A DNA stretch of 64,000 nt from Squalus acanthias (Eukaryota), in contig CM059446.1 of the NCBI GenBank assembly GCA_030390025.1, positions 13,888,001 to 13,952,000 of the forward strand, read 5' to 3'. Every line of letters begins with the position of its first letter. Position 1 is the stretch's first letter. Positions 1 to 13,051 of this stretch are shown here, in pieces. Made by a program: the position numbers and the translations under genes. Below the pieces are notes generated by a model that did no database searches, had not been told where the DNA came from, and was given only the letters and a program-made list of their open reading frames with translations.

Positions 1-349
1 ACTCTTCAGTGCCAGGCCTTTGAGCTATCCTGAGTGTGGTATGTATTGAATGTGGTGTGGAGTAAGAGAACACATCATCCAACTGCTCCAACTGACCGAA
101 CTTCATTCATCGACCACCTGCATAACAAACGTGTCACCAGTGGTACAAATCAGCAGTGTCACCAACCTGCTTCCTCCTAATAATCACCATCAGTCTGATT
201 GGTGAATGGCGCCCTTGTGTTCACCCAATGACAAAGTGAGAATTGACTTCAACTTGCTTAGGTTACGCTGGGAGGACGGACACTACCTGACAGTGGGTCA
301 TAGAATGTATAGAAGAGGTTGCAGATATTTCACTCTCATTACACATGCC

Positions 350-547
350 TAAAATCAACATAACAAAAACAGATTCTCTGGTCATTATCACATTGCTGTT
401 TGTGGGAGCTTGCTGAGCGCAAATTGGCTGCTGCGTTTCCCACATTACAACAGTGACTGCACTCCAACAGTACTTCATTGGCTGTAAAGCACTTTGAGAA
501 GTCCGGTGGTCGGGAAAGGCACTATATAAATGCAAGTCTTTCTTTCT
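350..547 (+). mobile_element. 3' half of Deu-domain (SacSINE1-like) tRNA-derived SINE
   Basis: Matches the 3' part of the full copies at 22278 and 54075 (ctggtcattatcacattgctgtttgtgggagcttgctg...gcactatataaatgcaagtctttcttt). Confidence 0.85.
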
Positions 548-2287
548 AAAAAAGGGACAATATGGGTGTTTTTTCTGCCGACAACTCACATCCACCAGCA
601 AACTGGGTTGAGTCGTTCCCAAACGCTTTTCACACAAGACTTTTGCATCTGAGAGAGTGAAGAGATGTTCATCTGATCAGCCGGGGCAGGGGGATTGAAG
701 GCTGGCCCCAGAGTGGGAAGGACAGCGAGTCGAACAGAGCCTCCAAATTTATAGTCTCCACAACATGTCAATCTTCCATTTTAACTAGACATCTGCAGCA
801 ACTGATAATCGCACAATTATTTAAAAGAAAACTGCAGTAGGATTTATAGCATTTAAAAATCAGCTTCATAGCCTCTCAGCGCCATCACTAACTGATAAAT
901 CATCACTGTTCATTCCAGAATTATTTGTGCGCGCTCAGGCTATCAGACTGCTGTGGACTTTAGCAGGCTGTTGTGGATGAGGGTTAGAGAAGTGTGTGAG
1001 ATCAGTGTCAAAGTTACAGTACAAAGTCTAATAGGTTTCAAATCAGTATAGCAATATTTTCATTCTTTATTAAAAAGCAGGTTATGCACATAAGGGTAAT
1101 CACAAAACCCCAGAGAACAGTATTGTCTGCACAAGTATCGCTCCTCAAATCCTGAATAGAACTGAAACGAAAAAAGATTTTTTTTTAAAAAAACCTTATT
1201 TCCAATTATTCACACATTATATTTCTGAATGAAAGCGATAACGTCAGGATTCTAATTAAAAAGCTTTTATTCTGTTACTTCGAACGGAAGGTCTTCATTG
1301 TTTGATCTGTACACTGGCAACTTGGTGCTTCAGACAAGGAATCTCCAGTGGGCTCAAGGCAGAAGCTGTGACCAATCAAGGGACAAACAGAGGGCAGGGT
1401 CATAGTCAAGTTTAGTGCAGGGTTACCAAAATGAACAGAGGATAAATACAAAGATAAGCCTGGCAGAGGAGGCAGTGCGTTACCTGCTTACACTGGGGAT
1501 TCAGTTCAGTTCAGATCAGATCAAAAGATCTGAATTGAACTTGATCTCCCGAGTGTTTAAACCGCAGTTTGGGCTAAACCAGGACATGAGTCGGACAGCA
1601 TCAAATTACCGTGAGACACATACTCTGGCCAGTGATGGATGGGTATGTACGTGTGTGGTGCTGGATTTCAAAAAAAATCATCAATACAAGCCTGGGTTTA
1701 AATCCTCGTCTTCTGCATTGTTTAGAACATTCGATGAGAGTTTTTACACTGTACATTTTAATTCAAATCAGCTACACCATTGTAACAGATGACCATTCAC
1801 AGCTGGAGTCTAAGACATGTGATACTGCAACACTCTCGGCTACTTTGTCCCGCTTATCAGAAGGAGCAGCATGTAAAATGTTAGAAGGCAAGGCAGAAAA
1901 TTGGACCGTAGGACAAAAGCATTTCAAGGGGGCAAATAATACTCTGAGAAGGGGGGACTGGATGGGAGAACATGAAGGAATTCCTCACCTACCACTGGAT
2001 AAGGGGAAGGAAACTGGGAGATGGAACTGCTTTGAAAGAAATGGGGGAATAATATTTTCAAAGAAAACAGTAGATAATAGAATCAGAGCCCAAAAATCTA
2101 ACATCAAAATACCAACAGGAAGGGAGAAGGGAATAATCTGTCGCTCACATATTGGTGTTGGAAAATAATATTTCCATTGTTAATTACTTACAATATTTGT
2201 GTAAAGGATACAGTACATTTTGCAGTTGTGTTGTAATAAAATAACATTGGATTTGTATTAATTATTTTGAAACATATAAAATTCTGA

Positions 2288-2667
2288 TTGAAACGTATAA
2301 AATTCTGACAGGGCTGGATAGACTGGATGCAGGGAGGATGTTTCCCCTGGCTGGGGGGTCTAGAACGAGGGGTCACAGTCTCAGGATACGGGGAAGGACA
2401 TTTAGGACTGAGATGAGGAGAAATTTCTTCACTCAGAGGGTGGTGAACCTGTGCAATTCTCTACCACAGAAGGCTGTGGAGGCCAAGTCACTGAATATAT
2501 TTAAGAAGGAGATAGATAGATTTTGAGACACAAAAGGCATCAAGGGGTATGGGGAGAGAGCGGGAATATGGTATTGAGATAGAGGATCAGCCATGATCAT
2601 ATTGAATGGCGGAGCAGGCTCGAAGGGCCGAATGGCCTACTCCTGCTCCTATTTTTCTATGTTTCTA
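2288..2667 (+). mobile_element. 5'-truncated CR1 LINE (HER1-like) 3' end
   Basis: ORF 2338-2526 (SRTRGHSLRIRGRTFRTEMRRNFFTQRVVNL..NSLPQKAVEA) is the CR1 ORF2 C-terminus; 3'UTR ggctcgaagggccgaatggcctactcctgctcct with a ttctatgt tail; closely matches the minus-strand copy at 11795. Confidence 0.93.
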
Positions 2668-2879
2668 CATTCTGGAATATTCTGACAGTTTAAGATTACT
2701 GTTACAAAGGATTATTAAACTCATATCATTGCATAAAGTCCCAATAAAATACATCAATTCTTAATCATGTTGTAATTAATATGTAAATGTTGTTTTACAA
2801 AGATGTAAACTAAACTGGAACAGAAATTTGTATTTGGGTGGTCTAGGGATTTAGGGATTCCGTTGAGTTAAAAAAAACA

Positions 2880-3350
2880 GGATGAAGGAGAACATGGAGG
2901 GATTCAGGACTGAGATCCTTATTGACTCCAATAAGGATAACGTGGGGAGGGGAAAATAGTCAGGAAGAAGAGCAGTTATGGGGAAATAGGAGAGAAACGA
3001 GAAGGAGGGATGAAAAGTGTGTCAGAGGATCGGAGGTAGTTGGTGGGAGAACATGAAAGAACCAGCGTGGGAAGTAAATAGCGTTAGGTCCAGATTTCAG
3101 TAATAGGCCTGAGGTGTTGATATCAGATAGAGAAGAAAGGAGGCACAACAGCACGAGGACAAAAAGCAAAATCACGTCAGAATGAAGGAGGAAGGGAAAC
3201 AAGGTAGAGGAGATTTCAAGGAGAGACAGAAACAGACAAGGGAGTGGGGAAATTCTGGTGTGAGGCACGTGCATTGACAGGGCAGTGATGGGAATTGGAG
3301 TGCATTCGGTGTTTAAAGGGATGAGCTTTAGTTTAATTATTTAGGGCTGA
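2880..3350 (-). mobile_element. Highly decayed LINE (probably L2) remnant
   Basis: Strongly purine-rich + strand, typical of antisense L2 ORF2; no clear motif. Confidence 0.35.
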
Positions 3351-3365
3351 GGTGTCCAAGCCTTT

Positions 3366-4211
3366 GGGCTGGATTTTGAAGTTGGAGTCGGGTTGGGGTC
3401 GGGAATCACACATTTTAGCTTGTGAACCCGCCTCCATCGAGATGTGGCCAACCCACTGTATTTTCCCTTGATTGACCTTGTTGAGCCCGCCCAGTGGGCT
3501 CAGCAGGCCAATTAAGGGCCACCCGGCAACAGGTGACGTCACAGATTGACATTTCATGTCAAGAGCTTTTGACAGATGAAATATCAGCGTTTGACAGCTC
3601 TGTGAAGCTGTCAAACACTGACAATATGATTTCTAACTTCAGTCCTTCCTCTCAGGCTGAGTTAGAAATCATTCCACCACAGAAAACAGAAGGCTGCAGT
3701 TTTTGACAGGACCACAGCTTTTCTGCTTTCTGTGCCGATGAGATTTCTGACTCCCGAGAACTGAAGGGCTGACACCTGCAGGAGGAAGTTAAGGTAAGTA
3801 AAACTTTTTCCCACACTTAGCACTTACCTTACACACTTACCTCTGCACACATGCACCCATCACTCACCTGCCCACCGGACATATCGACCCCTCCAACCCC
3901 TGCAGACCCACGGTCCTCCCCGATAACTTGGCGTGGTTGCCACCTGTCGGAAAGCCCACATTTCACCCCTTAAAATAGGGATTATCCAAAAAAACTGGCT
4001 GTTAACTACCTGTTAACAGGCAGTTAATTGTCACTAATCCCTTCCCGCCTCGGGGAGTCGGGTCTCAGCACAGGTCGGGTACCTGCCGCCAGCAAAACTG
4101 GCATGGAGGCGGGTTGGAGGCGGGATGGGGTCGGGACCCCCGAATCTGCAACTTTAACCCCCCCCCCGCCGCCTCCAAACCCGACTCCACGGGTCATTGA
4201 AAATCCAAGCC
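3366..4211. mobile_element. Non-autonomous TIR element (MITE, PIF/Harbinger-like), family copy 1
   Basis: Ends gggctggattttgaagttggagtcgggttggg ... ccaaacccgactccac...gaaaatccaagcc (imperfect TIR); interior is homologous to 40922-41728 and 58968-59677. Superfamily inferred from GGG-starting TIRs and short AT-rich flanks. Confidence 0.75.
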
Positions 4212-4865
4212 TTTGTCTTTGTGGGCCATATAGATGTACAGTATGGCACCTAGGGAGACGTATGCAGAGTCTCCCATTAATTTGCAGATTATCTCAAGCT
4301 GTTGATACTAACAGATCTGGATGTTCTGGTTTAGGATTGATTCACCAAGAACAGCCCTTTCCAAACCTCTAGACCCACAAACTTCAAATAGGACAAACCA
4401 GTGAATAACAATTAGGACTGCGCTGACTGAGGCTTTGAAGGCTGGACATTCAGAGCTCATGGGGGCCACCTGTGGCCTTATGGTCACAGGTTGGACACCC
4501 CTGGTGTGGAAGATAGGAGACTGAGTTTCATTTGGAAGCAATATTCTGGGTTACAGCTGCAACAATGACATTTTAAATCTTACCTTTGATAACACAGGTA
4601 GCTTTAGACTGGAAAATGTCTCTGAAATTGCTCTTGTATTTGCTGTGTTTGTTTAAAGAGTGGGTTTCAATACCACTGGCCTGTTTAGCTGAACTAAATT
4701 ATATTACAGAGAAATTTTAGAACTTTTTGCTTGGGACTAAAAAGGTGGTGGTATATTTCTTTAAGCCTGATGAGGCAGTGGGAAGGGATCAGAAATATTA
4801 TGTTCCAGGAGTGGCAAGAACAAGGACACAAGAAGCCAGGAAATGGAAATCACTAAAAACAACTA

Positions 4866-5090
4866 ATTACACCCATCGAGCACCGTTAATGTAGCAAAAT
4901 ATTCCAAGGTACTTCACGGAGGGGAAGGGGGAAGGGGGAAGAGATTCAGACACTAAGCAGGAGTTGGGGAGGTGACTGAAGATGCAGTTGAAGATATAGG
5001 TTTTGAGGAAGCTTTTGAAGGCGGGGAGAGATGCTGCAAGGTGAAGAGGTTTGGGAATAGAGTTCCAGAAAGCAAACCATAATGGCAAAG
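4866..5090 (-). mobile_element. L2 LINE 3' end (continues at about 6010-6140 after an inserted LINE)
   Basis: Minus ORF 4867-5088 WNSIPKPLHLAASLPAFKSFLKTYIF matches the L2 C-terminus at 53395-53835. Confidence 0.8.
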
Positions 5091-5099
5091 GAGTTGTGT

Positions 5100-6010
5100 T
5101 TTTTTAAATTTGTTTATGGGATCTGGGCGTCGCTGGCAAGGCCAGCATTTATTGTCCATCCCTAGTTGCCCTTGAGAAGGTGGTGGTGAGCCACCTTCTT
5201 GAACCGCTGCAGTCCGTGTGGTGAAGGAACTCCCACAGTGCTGTCAGGTAGGGAGTTCCAGGATATTGACCCAGCGACGATGAAGGATCGGCGATATACT
5301 CCTAAGTCAGGATGGTGTGTGACTTGGAGGGGAACTTGGTGGTGGTGGTGTTCCCATGCGCCTGCTGCCCTTGTCCTTCTAGGTGGAAGAGGTCGCGGGT
5401 TTGGGTGGTGCTGCCGAAGAAGCCTTGGCGAGTTGCTGCAATGCATCTTGTAGACGGCACACACTGCAGCCACGGTACGCCGGTGGTGGAGGGACTGAAT
5501 GTTTAAGGTGGTGGATGGGGTGCCAATCAAGCGGGCTGCTTTATTCTGGATGGTGTCGAGCTTCTTGAGTGTTGTTGGAGCTGCACTCATCCAGGCAAGT
5601 GGAGAGTATTCCATCACACTCCTTACTTGTGCCTTGTAGATGGTGGAAAGGCTTTGGGGAGTCAGGAGTTGAGACACTCGCCGCAGAATACCTAGCCTCT
5701 GACTTGCTCTTGTTGCCACAGTATTTATGTGGCTGGTCCAGTTAAGTTTCTGGTTAATGGTGACCCCCAGGATGTTGCTAGTGGGGGATTCGGTGATGGA
5801 ATATCAAGGGGAAGTGGTTAGATTCATGCTTGTTGGAGATAGTCATTGCCTGGCACTTCTGTGGCTCGAATGTTACCTGCCACTTATCAGCCCAAGCCTG
5901 AACGTCGTCCAGGTCTTGTTGCATGCGGGCATGGACTACTTCATTATCTGTGGAGTTGTGAATGGCGCTGAACACTGTGCAGTCATCAGTGAACATCCCC
6001 ATTTCTGACT
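5100..6010 (-). mobile_element. 5'-truncated CR1-group LINE (second family), RT C-terminal half
   Basis: Minus ORFs give MFTDDCTVF (FADD-like), QQDLDDVQAWADKWQVTFEPQKCQ and RLGILRRVSQLL..IYKAQVRSVMEYSPLAW..WNSLP; frameshifted; T-run at 5100-5105 is an A-tail on the minus strand. Confidence 0.9.
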
Positions 6011-6594
6011 GATGAGAGAGTGGTGGAATGGGGTGGGGGAGGGCACAGTAGTCCAGACTCAGAGGAGCAGTGGGTGTGAGCTGGCACAGAGGTAGGATAA
6101 AGTGAGGCCGCAAATGGAATCGTAAACTAAGATTTTGAAATCAATGTGGAGGAGAGTGAGATACAAAAGGAGTTCTGGATTTTGAGTTCATAAATGTAGA
6201 GAATCTGGAGTGTTTTGCCCAGACGCAAAGGAAAATCAACAGTGTTCGATCTGGAAACTTATACAAGACACAAGAGGATGCGCCGTAATTGTCAAGAAAT
6301 TAATTTAATGTGATTTAGAATGTTTCGAAAGAGAGATGGGGAGGGAAGCCTTATTGGTCAGGGAACACGTGATAGTGAAACGGAAAACCTAGCCTTGTGA
6401 GTTAAAATGTCCAAATCAATTGTGGCTGAACACAAGAACAAGAGCAGTGGAATTGTTCTAGACTCCAGGATAAACAAGCTGAACTGGAACTGCTCAGCAA
6501 ATACCAAAGGCAAACCGAAGTGGAGCAATTGTAATCATGAGCAACTGCAAGGTATTAAAGTGAGGTAGAACAATGGCCACTGAGAAGATCGAAA

Positions 6595-6830
6595 CAACAA
6601 CAACAACTTGCATTTCTATAGCACCTTTAACGTAGTGCAACGTCCCAAGGTGCTTCACAGGAGCGTTATCAAACAAAATTTGACTCCGAGCCACGAAAGG
6701 AGATATTAGGACAGGAGACCAAAGCTTGATCAAAGAGGTATCTAAGGCACGTCTTAAAGGAGGAGAGAGGCAGAGAGGCAGAGAGGTTTAGGGAGGGAAT
6801 TCCAGAGCTTAGGGCCTAGGCAACTGCAGC
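6595..6830 (-). mobile_element. L2 LINE 3' end
   Basis: (caa)n tail, then cttgcatttctatagcacctttaacgtag..., the reverse complement of the L2 tail at 53880-53950. Confidence 0.85.
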
Positions 6831-6974
6831 TGAGGATCTTAATACAGCACATGTATCAGCGGAGCAGAGCTGATATGACATTGGATTTAATATTTAAAAT
6901 CAGGGTGCCAGACATATTGAGAAGATCAGATTTTAATACTATGAGGATAACCGAGGAAGTAGGAAATGGCAGAT

Positions 6975-7440
6975 CATAAGAGCATCGAGGGAGAAACAGC
7001 TCGTGTTCCGTGAGATGTTACAGGTTGATCCCATTTACAGCAGGGGTTTGCTGTAGTCAGCAGCAGTGCTGAAGCCAATGGGGACTGTGTGCTTTCAAAA
7101 TAGGTGCGTTGTTTCCAAGCAACCAGCACCAAATCAATCTGCAACACAAACACCACCATCGAGGCAGCCACAAAAAACATCGCAGCCAAAGGACTGAGTG
7201 TTGAAGTACTCCCACCCACCTCCGTCCAGGGGAGAAAGTGGGTTTGCCACCACTGGCCTGTGCAGACCATCCCAGCTATTGGCAAAGGTAACGGTAGAAC
7301 GCAAATAATTCCAAACCATATGCAGGTGAACCACTATTTTCCAACTGATCTGACAACAGAAATTCTTCTGAAATATGAGCAAGCGGTTTCAACAGCAAGA
7401 GGGGTGGGAGTAGGTGTTGGGGAGCTGCTTCAGTGAGCAG
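6975..7440 (+). mobile_element. Decayed L1-clade ORF2 C-terminal remnant
   Basis: Frameshifted peptides SCSVRCYRLIPFTAGV and AATKNIAAKGLSVEVLPPTSVQGRKWV resemble the H-x-F-W-x-C..FW and A(R/K)K-x-I..W..PP motifs at the end of fish L1 ORF2; judged by eye only. Confidence 0.4.
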
Positions 7441-8690
7441 CTAAATATTGGCCGCACGATATATTAGAGGTACTGAAAAGCAAAAAAAAAAGTCAGCCAG
7501 AGTACAGAGGTAAAAGGAAGCATAATGGACAATGATATAAAGAACCAAGAGGTTAAAATAAAATAGGAATATCAGCTGAGGATTAGGAAACTATCTTTTA
7601 GGAAAGAAAACCAGAAATTATAAAAATGCATTTTGATAGACTTAAAGGAGAATATGAAGAAATGCTTTGGTTCTGTTCATAATAGGTTTGTGCCTCTAAA
7701 GAGTGAATGAGAATCAAGTCACCGATCGAGGTAAGCGGTAATTTTCAAATGGATCATGAAGGAAACCCATGGGACAGAAATCAATAACAAAACAACCTTT
7801 ATACTGAATGTACTCCCCCTATGCCATCTCCTGTTTTAATAATTGTCTTCTCTACACAATCCCTGATGTCCCACTCATTTTGTTTGTGGATTGAAGAGCA
7901 ATCCTACTATACGCCTTTACTGTTTTAGTTATTGATTTCCCACTCATTGAGACACACCATTCGAATTCTCCACTCACACGACAAGACAGTCCAGTGAGGT
8001 ATGTTAAAGGTACATCTACGAGTGGCTCCACTGACTAACCTGGAAAGCTGTGCTTCAGTCATCTTGATGCCATTCCAGGAACTCTCAGTACTGGTTGCGC
8101 ACTGCTCCGAACACATGCATGTGATTGTTCCATTAGTCTCGACAAAAATGAGAGGAACAACCCTGGAAATGATCTAATAAGCCAACAATGTTAGCAGAAA
8201 AAATTTGACATCATTACATAGTATCGTGAGGAATGCCCAGAAAAACAAATCCGATAAATGAAAGCCGATATTTGAGTAAAGATTAAACTGTACAAATTTA
8301 CAGTACATTTTTGGAGATGTGAATAAGGTTTCAGATGGGGGCAATCCAATAAATATGTAACTTGGCTTGCAAGAGGTATTTAGAAAAATACCTTGCAAGA
8401 GATTGACAGCAAAGATGAGAGCTCATGGAATTAGTGCCAACATTGTGAAATAGATAGCAAGACAATGGGACATGGAGAGCAGTTATAAATTCACACTGAA
8501 AGAAGGGAATAATGCTGTTCCCTAGATATCACTGCTTGCATATATACTTTTCACAATCTACCTAAACAACCTACACAAGGGGATTGAAACTGGAACATTT
8601 CTGCATATAAATGCTGTTCAAAAGGATATGGAGAAAGCTCAACAGCTGGGCAAATGATCAGGGAATTGGGCTCAATGTGGATATTGTGCA
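7440..8690 (+). mobile_element. Old, fragmented CR1 ORF2 remnant
   Basis: Around 8390-8690 translates to RLTAKMRAHGISANIVK and FTIYLNNLHKGIE (cf. RLL.K..AHGI and FTIYINDLD); many stops. Confidence 0.55.
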
Positions 8691-8692
8691 AC

Positions 8693-9025
8693 AGTACAAC
8701 AACTTGCATTCATATAGCGCCTTTAATGTAGTAAAACATCCCAAGGCGCTTCACGGGTACATTATCAGACAAAATTTGACACCGAGCCACATAAGGAGAC
8801 ATGAGGACATTCAACCAAAAGCTTGGTCAAAAGAGATAGGTTTTAATTGGCATCATAACGGAATAGCGAGGCGGAGAGCTTGAGAGTGGGAATTCCAGAG
8901 CTTAGGGCCTAGACAGTGAAGGCACAGCCACCAATAGAGGAGTGAAGGAAGTGGGAAATGCACAAGAGGTTAGAATTGGAGGCATGCAGAGTTCTCGGAG
9001 GGTTGTAGGACTGGAAGAGGTTTCA
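8693..9025 (-). mobile_element. L2 LINE 3' end
   Basis: caacaacttgcattcatatagcgcctttaatgtag...ttccagagcttagggcctagacag, same family as 6595 and 53450. Confidence 0.85.
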
Positions 9026-9158
9026 GAATGATGCAGATAAAACCATTTTCTTAAAAACAAACTTATTACAATGTGGGAACACACAAATATCAGGAATAAT
9101 TCAATTTCTTCACAATGGCAGGGGTTATAGATCACAAAATCTCATCTACCTGTTTCAG

Positions 9159-9220
9159 GTAGAAAAGGAGCAGGAGACTGTGGGCACTTGGGTTATTATT
9201 ACACATCAAGAAATGAACAA
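9159..9220 (+). CDS. Possible coding exon of an unidentified host gene ((G)RKGAGDCGHLGYYYTSRNEQ)
   Basis: ctgtttcag| acceptor and aa|gtttgt donor; open frame ends in phase 0, compatible with exon 18388. It lies among CR1 debris and may be a decayed RT piece instead. Confidence 0.22.
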
Positions 9221-9959
9221 GTTTGTGCAATCAAGTGTTAATTTCCCTAATAATTTTTGACAAAGAAAATTATTTAATTAGTATGTGGACTTTTCTTGCC
9301 TTTTGATATTGGAATATATAACACCAAAAGTATTAAGTTGTTTGTTCTTACCTGGTAAATAATTAAAACTAATTAAAACGAGTCCCGTTATAAATTGAAT
9401 AGTTCCATTGTGAACAGGTTTACCCGTGAGGCTACATCTACCCAAAATGTTTTGATCTTGTCATGCACCTTAATAAGATATTGGAGGATTTTCTATTTGC
9501 TTCTGACAGAACACACACTCTATTTGACCTTCTAAGCTTTCATAGCCAGTTTATTAGTGGAGTGTTATTTTGTCCGTGAATTTAAACATGAGTGCGTTAC
9601 ATGTTGTCGTGTTTGCTGTGAAGAAATCCTCTCTTCCATAGAAGTGGTCAATTAATCGACAACCTTCTGCTACTCCGTCTGAGACAGAACAATAATTTAA
9701 AAAAATAAAATGGAATATTGTGCTTCTTTTAGGAAATATTTATTTCAATTACAAGACAAATAGCCCTGTTCATGGTTTGGAGATTGTTGTAGCTGTACCT
9801 TTTAATATATTGGAACAGTACCTGATGGGTTTAAATAAGATGCACATCAGAGTTTGACAATGATGATTCCCAGGCTTCAATCACTCTCCCGTGGAAACAG
9901 GCTGAATTGATTTCTTTTCAGTAAAATACAGGGTAAAGGGGATTATAATTTGGGTTTTC

Positions 9960-10200
9960 AAAATAATAAAAGGAGCAGATTAATTTAGAGCCAGTAAATT
10001 CTTTGAATCAAAACAGGAATGGAGAACCAAAGGACATGCTGTTAAAATTAACAACACTGCAGCCTCAGCCAAGATTGAGCAAGAACTTTTTTGCTGTTGA
10101 TGTCTGGAAAAAAATTGTCACCTAGTGTAATCAATGTGAATTCTGTAGGGCACCCGGGGAACTTGACAGTCAAAGTGAGGGTTGTCTGGAACGAGTAACA
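9960..10200 (+). mobile_element. Old CR1 ORF2 C-terminus remnant
   Basis: RTKGHAVKIN..., then VWKKLSPSVINVNS, resembling RTRGHSLKL..VWNSLP.EVV.A.S. Confidence 0.55.
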
Positions 10201-10289
10201 AGGGCTTGTCTTTTATTTCATTTCAGGAAACAGCACAATTAAACATTAACAAAAAAAAATATTGGCATATATAATTTAGAAATGTTAGC

Positions 10290-11793
10290 TAAAAAATTTG
10301 ATGGAACCTCCAAGCTCTGCTAAAGAAAGTCTTTTGGGGTTGCCTTCAAGAATACTTAGGAACGTCAAGTATAGAATGGGAAAATGCTCATCAAAAGCCC
10401 TGTGCTTGCATGGACCATGTATAAGATATCTATTGCATTCTCTGGTATTCTGAAAGGATGAGATCAAGTGGAGAGAATAGACTTCTTCATCTGAAATTAT
10501 CTTTGTCATCACTGCATAAATACTCCTTCATCACCTGAGGTAATCAAAGTAAAACTCCAGAGTATTTAGTCATCCCCATTTTGCCAAAGACACCATCACC
10601 TCCCAGCCCCACATCACATGAAGCGTCAAGTCCCAAGGCCCTTGATCATTTAAGTCCATACCATGGAGCAGAAGAAGTTCCTCTTCTGAAGTTAGGGGGT
10701 TAAGGCACAGTAGAAAGAGAGTTACTCTACATTTAATGCAAACTTTGCCCGACCTTGATGTGTAGCCAGAGCGCAAAAAAAATTGATGAGCGTCCTGCTC
10801 CCCAGCACTTGCATCCCTTCACCTTAAATCAGCAGAAAAAATTTAATTCTAAAATAATAGGGCACGTTTGTGAAGCAATCATAATATCAGACAGAAGGGC
10901 AGAGTGGATGGCACCATTACATTCTCCATGTCTGTCAAATTCAAGGCTTGTTGTGTTCGCCGAGTATTAAGAGACAGAAGCTATTACAATCCTATACATT
11001 CTTGGCAGAGCCCAGGAGAGTTCAACAGTGTGAAGCTTTCTGAGGTGGTGTGGTCCTCTCGGTGATGTGATTTGCCAAAATTCAAGCACAGCCAGAAATG
11101 TGCTCAAACTGGAGCTACATTACTCAGGAGCCGCAGACCACATCAGAGAGCTTAAGGTGGCGAGATATAGATGATTTGGGATAAACAGATGATAAATCAA
11201 AAAGGCGTCTGCTGTTATGTTTCTTTACCACGAAGAAAATTTTGGCTCAGAGTTTGAAGTATGACACTTTGGGTTATTTTTGACATACTCCAGCCTTCAA
11301 AACCTGAATGCAAGTAGACTTTTTATAAAATTTGTTGCCAACTGGTTATGCAATCTGTGAAGGTGTTAGTTGTGGTGCCTTTGAAGGACCATGTGTTTAA
11401 AAGTGAAAAAATATAAGTGTTGCTATTGCATCAGCTTGGGGCTTTATCTGGAGAAAGCTTTGAACTGGCAAAAGGACTGATCATAATCAGAGCAGGCCGC
11501 AGTGCACTTCCAATGGATTTTCTCACATTCAGTCCCGTCGCCATACTACCGCTTCATCCCTCAGGCCAGTCACAACATTTTGTGGAGCGCACGGCTCCTA
11601 CTCCGATAGGAGACATAATCTGGTGCCAAAAATATCCAGAAAAAGATCAGCAACTCCTCCAGAATGTTCGAGACATCTGCACAGACAACAATGGATGATT
11701 CATTTCTTTTAGACAATTATCTGCAACCTGATAATCCAGATCAGAACATTTGTGCCGCTGTCTAAATTTCAAACTTTCCTGCTTGTGGGCCGC
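10290..11793 (+). mobile_element. Ancient L1-clade LINE remnant (ORF1 C-terminal half plus ORF2 endonuclease), continuing at 13147-13186 and 17368-17460
   Basis: Broken frames give ISIAFSGILKG*DQVERIDFF (cf. NIRIxGIPEG) and QRHHHLPAP..VPRPLII (cf. RAHR..PRPII) for ORF1, then STARNVLKL..ARY, MDFL..AHGS (cf. RIDF..SDHAP) and CLWAA..LKSSLI (cf. LWEA.K..LRG.II) for ORF2. Confidence 0.5.
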
Positions 11794-11794
11794 A

Positions 11795-13033
11795 TAAGAA
11801 CATAGAAACATAGAAGATAGGAGCAGGAGTAGGCCATTCGGCCCCTCGAGCCTGTTCCGCCATTTAATGAGATCATGGCTGATCATCCAAATTCAGTATC
11901 CTGTCCCTGCTTTCTCCCCATATCCCTTGATCCCTTTAGCCTTAAGAAATGTATCTAACTCCTTCTTGAATATATTTAATGAATTGGCCTCTACTGCCTT
12001 CTGTGGTAGAGAATTCCACAGGTTCACCACTCTCTGGGTGAAGAAATTCCTCCTCATCTCAGTCCTAAATGGCTTACCCCTTATCCTTAGACTGTGACCC
12101 CTGGTTCTGGACTCCCCCGCCATCGGGAACATCCTTCCTGCATCTAGTCTGTCTAGTCCTGTTAGTAATTTATAAGTTTCAATGAGATCCCCTCTCATTC
12201 TTCTAAACTCTAGCGAATATAAGCCTAATCGACCCAATCTCTCTTCATACGTCATTCCTGCCATCCCAGGTATCAGTCTGGTGAATCTTCGCTGCACTCC
12301 CTCCATGGCAAGAACATCCTTCCTCAGATAAGGTGACCAAAACTGCACACAATACTCAAGGTGTGGTCTCACCAAGGCCCTGTACAACTGCAGCAAGACA
12401 TCCTTGCTCCTGTACTCGAATTCTCTCGCTATGAAGGCCAACATACCATTTGCCTTCTTAACCGCCTGCTGCACCTGCATGCTTACCTTCAGCGACTGGT
12501 GCACAAGGACACCCAGGTCTCGTTGCACTTCTTCTTTTCCCAATCTATTGCCATTCAGATAATAATCTGCCTTCCTGTTTTTGCCACCAAAGTGGATAAC
12601 CTCGCATTTATCCACATTATACTGCATCTGCCATATCACCCAACCTGTCCAAATCATACTGGAGTTTCTCTGCATCCTCCTCACAGCACACACGCCCACC
12701 CAGCTTTGTGTCGTCTGCAAACTTGGAGATATTACATCTAGTTCCCTCATCTAGATCATTAATATATATTGTGAATAGCTGGGGTCCTAGCACCGATCCT
12801 TGCGGTACCCCACTAGTCACTGCCTGCCACTCGGAAAAAGACCCATTTATTCCAACTCTTTGCCAACCAGTTCTCTATCCAAGTCAGTACCTTACCCCCA
12901 ATCCCATGTGCTTTAACTTTGCAAGCTAATCTCTTAGCGGGACCTTATCGAAAGCCTTCAAAAAGTCCAAATACACCACATCCACTGGTTCTCCCTTATC
13001 TATTCTACCAGTTACATCCTCAAAAAATTCCAA
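11795..13033 (-). mobile_element. 5'-truncated CR1 LINE (HER1-like) with RT domain
   Basis: Minus ORFs [30 protein letters not shown] and [43 protein letters not shown]; (ttctatgt)n tail at 11795-11815; a few frameshifts. Confidence 0.97.
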
Positions 13034-13051
13034 ACCAGTTACATCCTCAAA

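Noticed and set aside
1415-2168. Overlapping 125-aa and 185-aa ORFs
   Set aside because: GTG starts and no recognisable protein; the distal part looks like decayed LINE sequence.
3355-4215. 12-bp direct repeat tccaagcctttg as the MITE TSD
   Set aside because: It overlaps the TIR itself, and the other two copies show no such duplication.
10290-11793. Endogenous viral element or processed pseudogene
   Set aside because: The decayed peptides fit L1 ORF1 and endonuclease motifs in the right order; no viral motif recognised.
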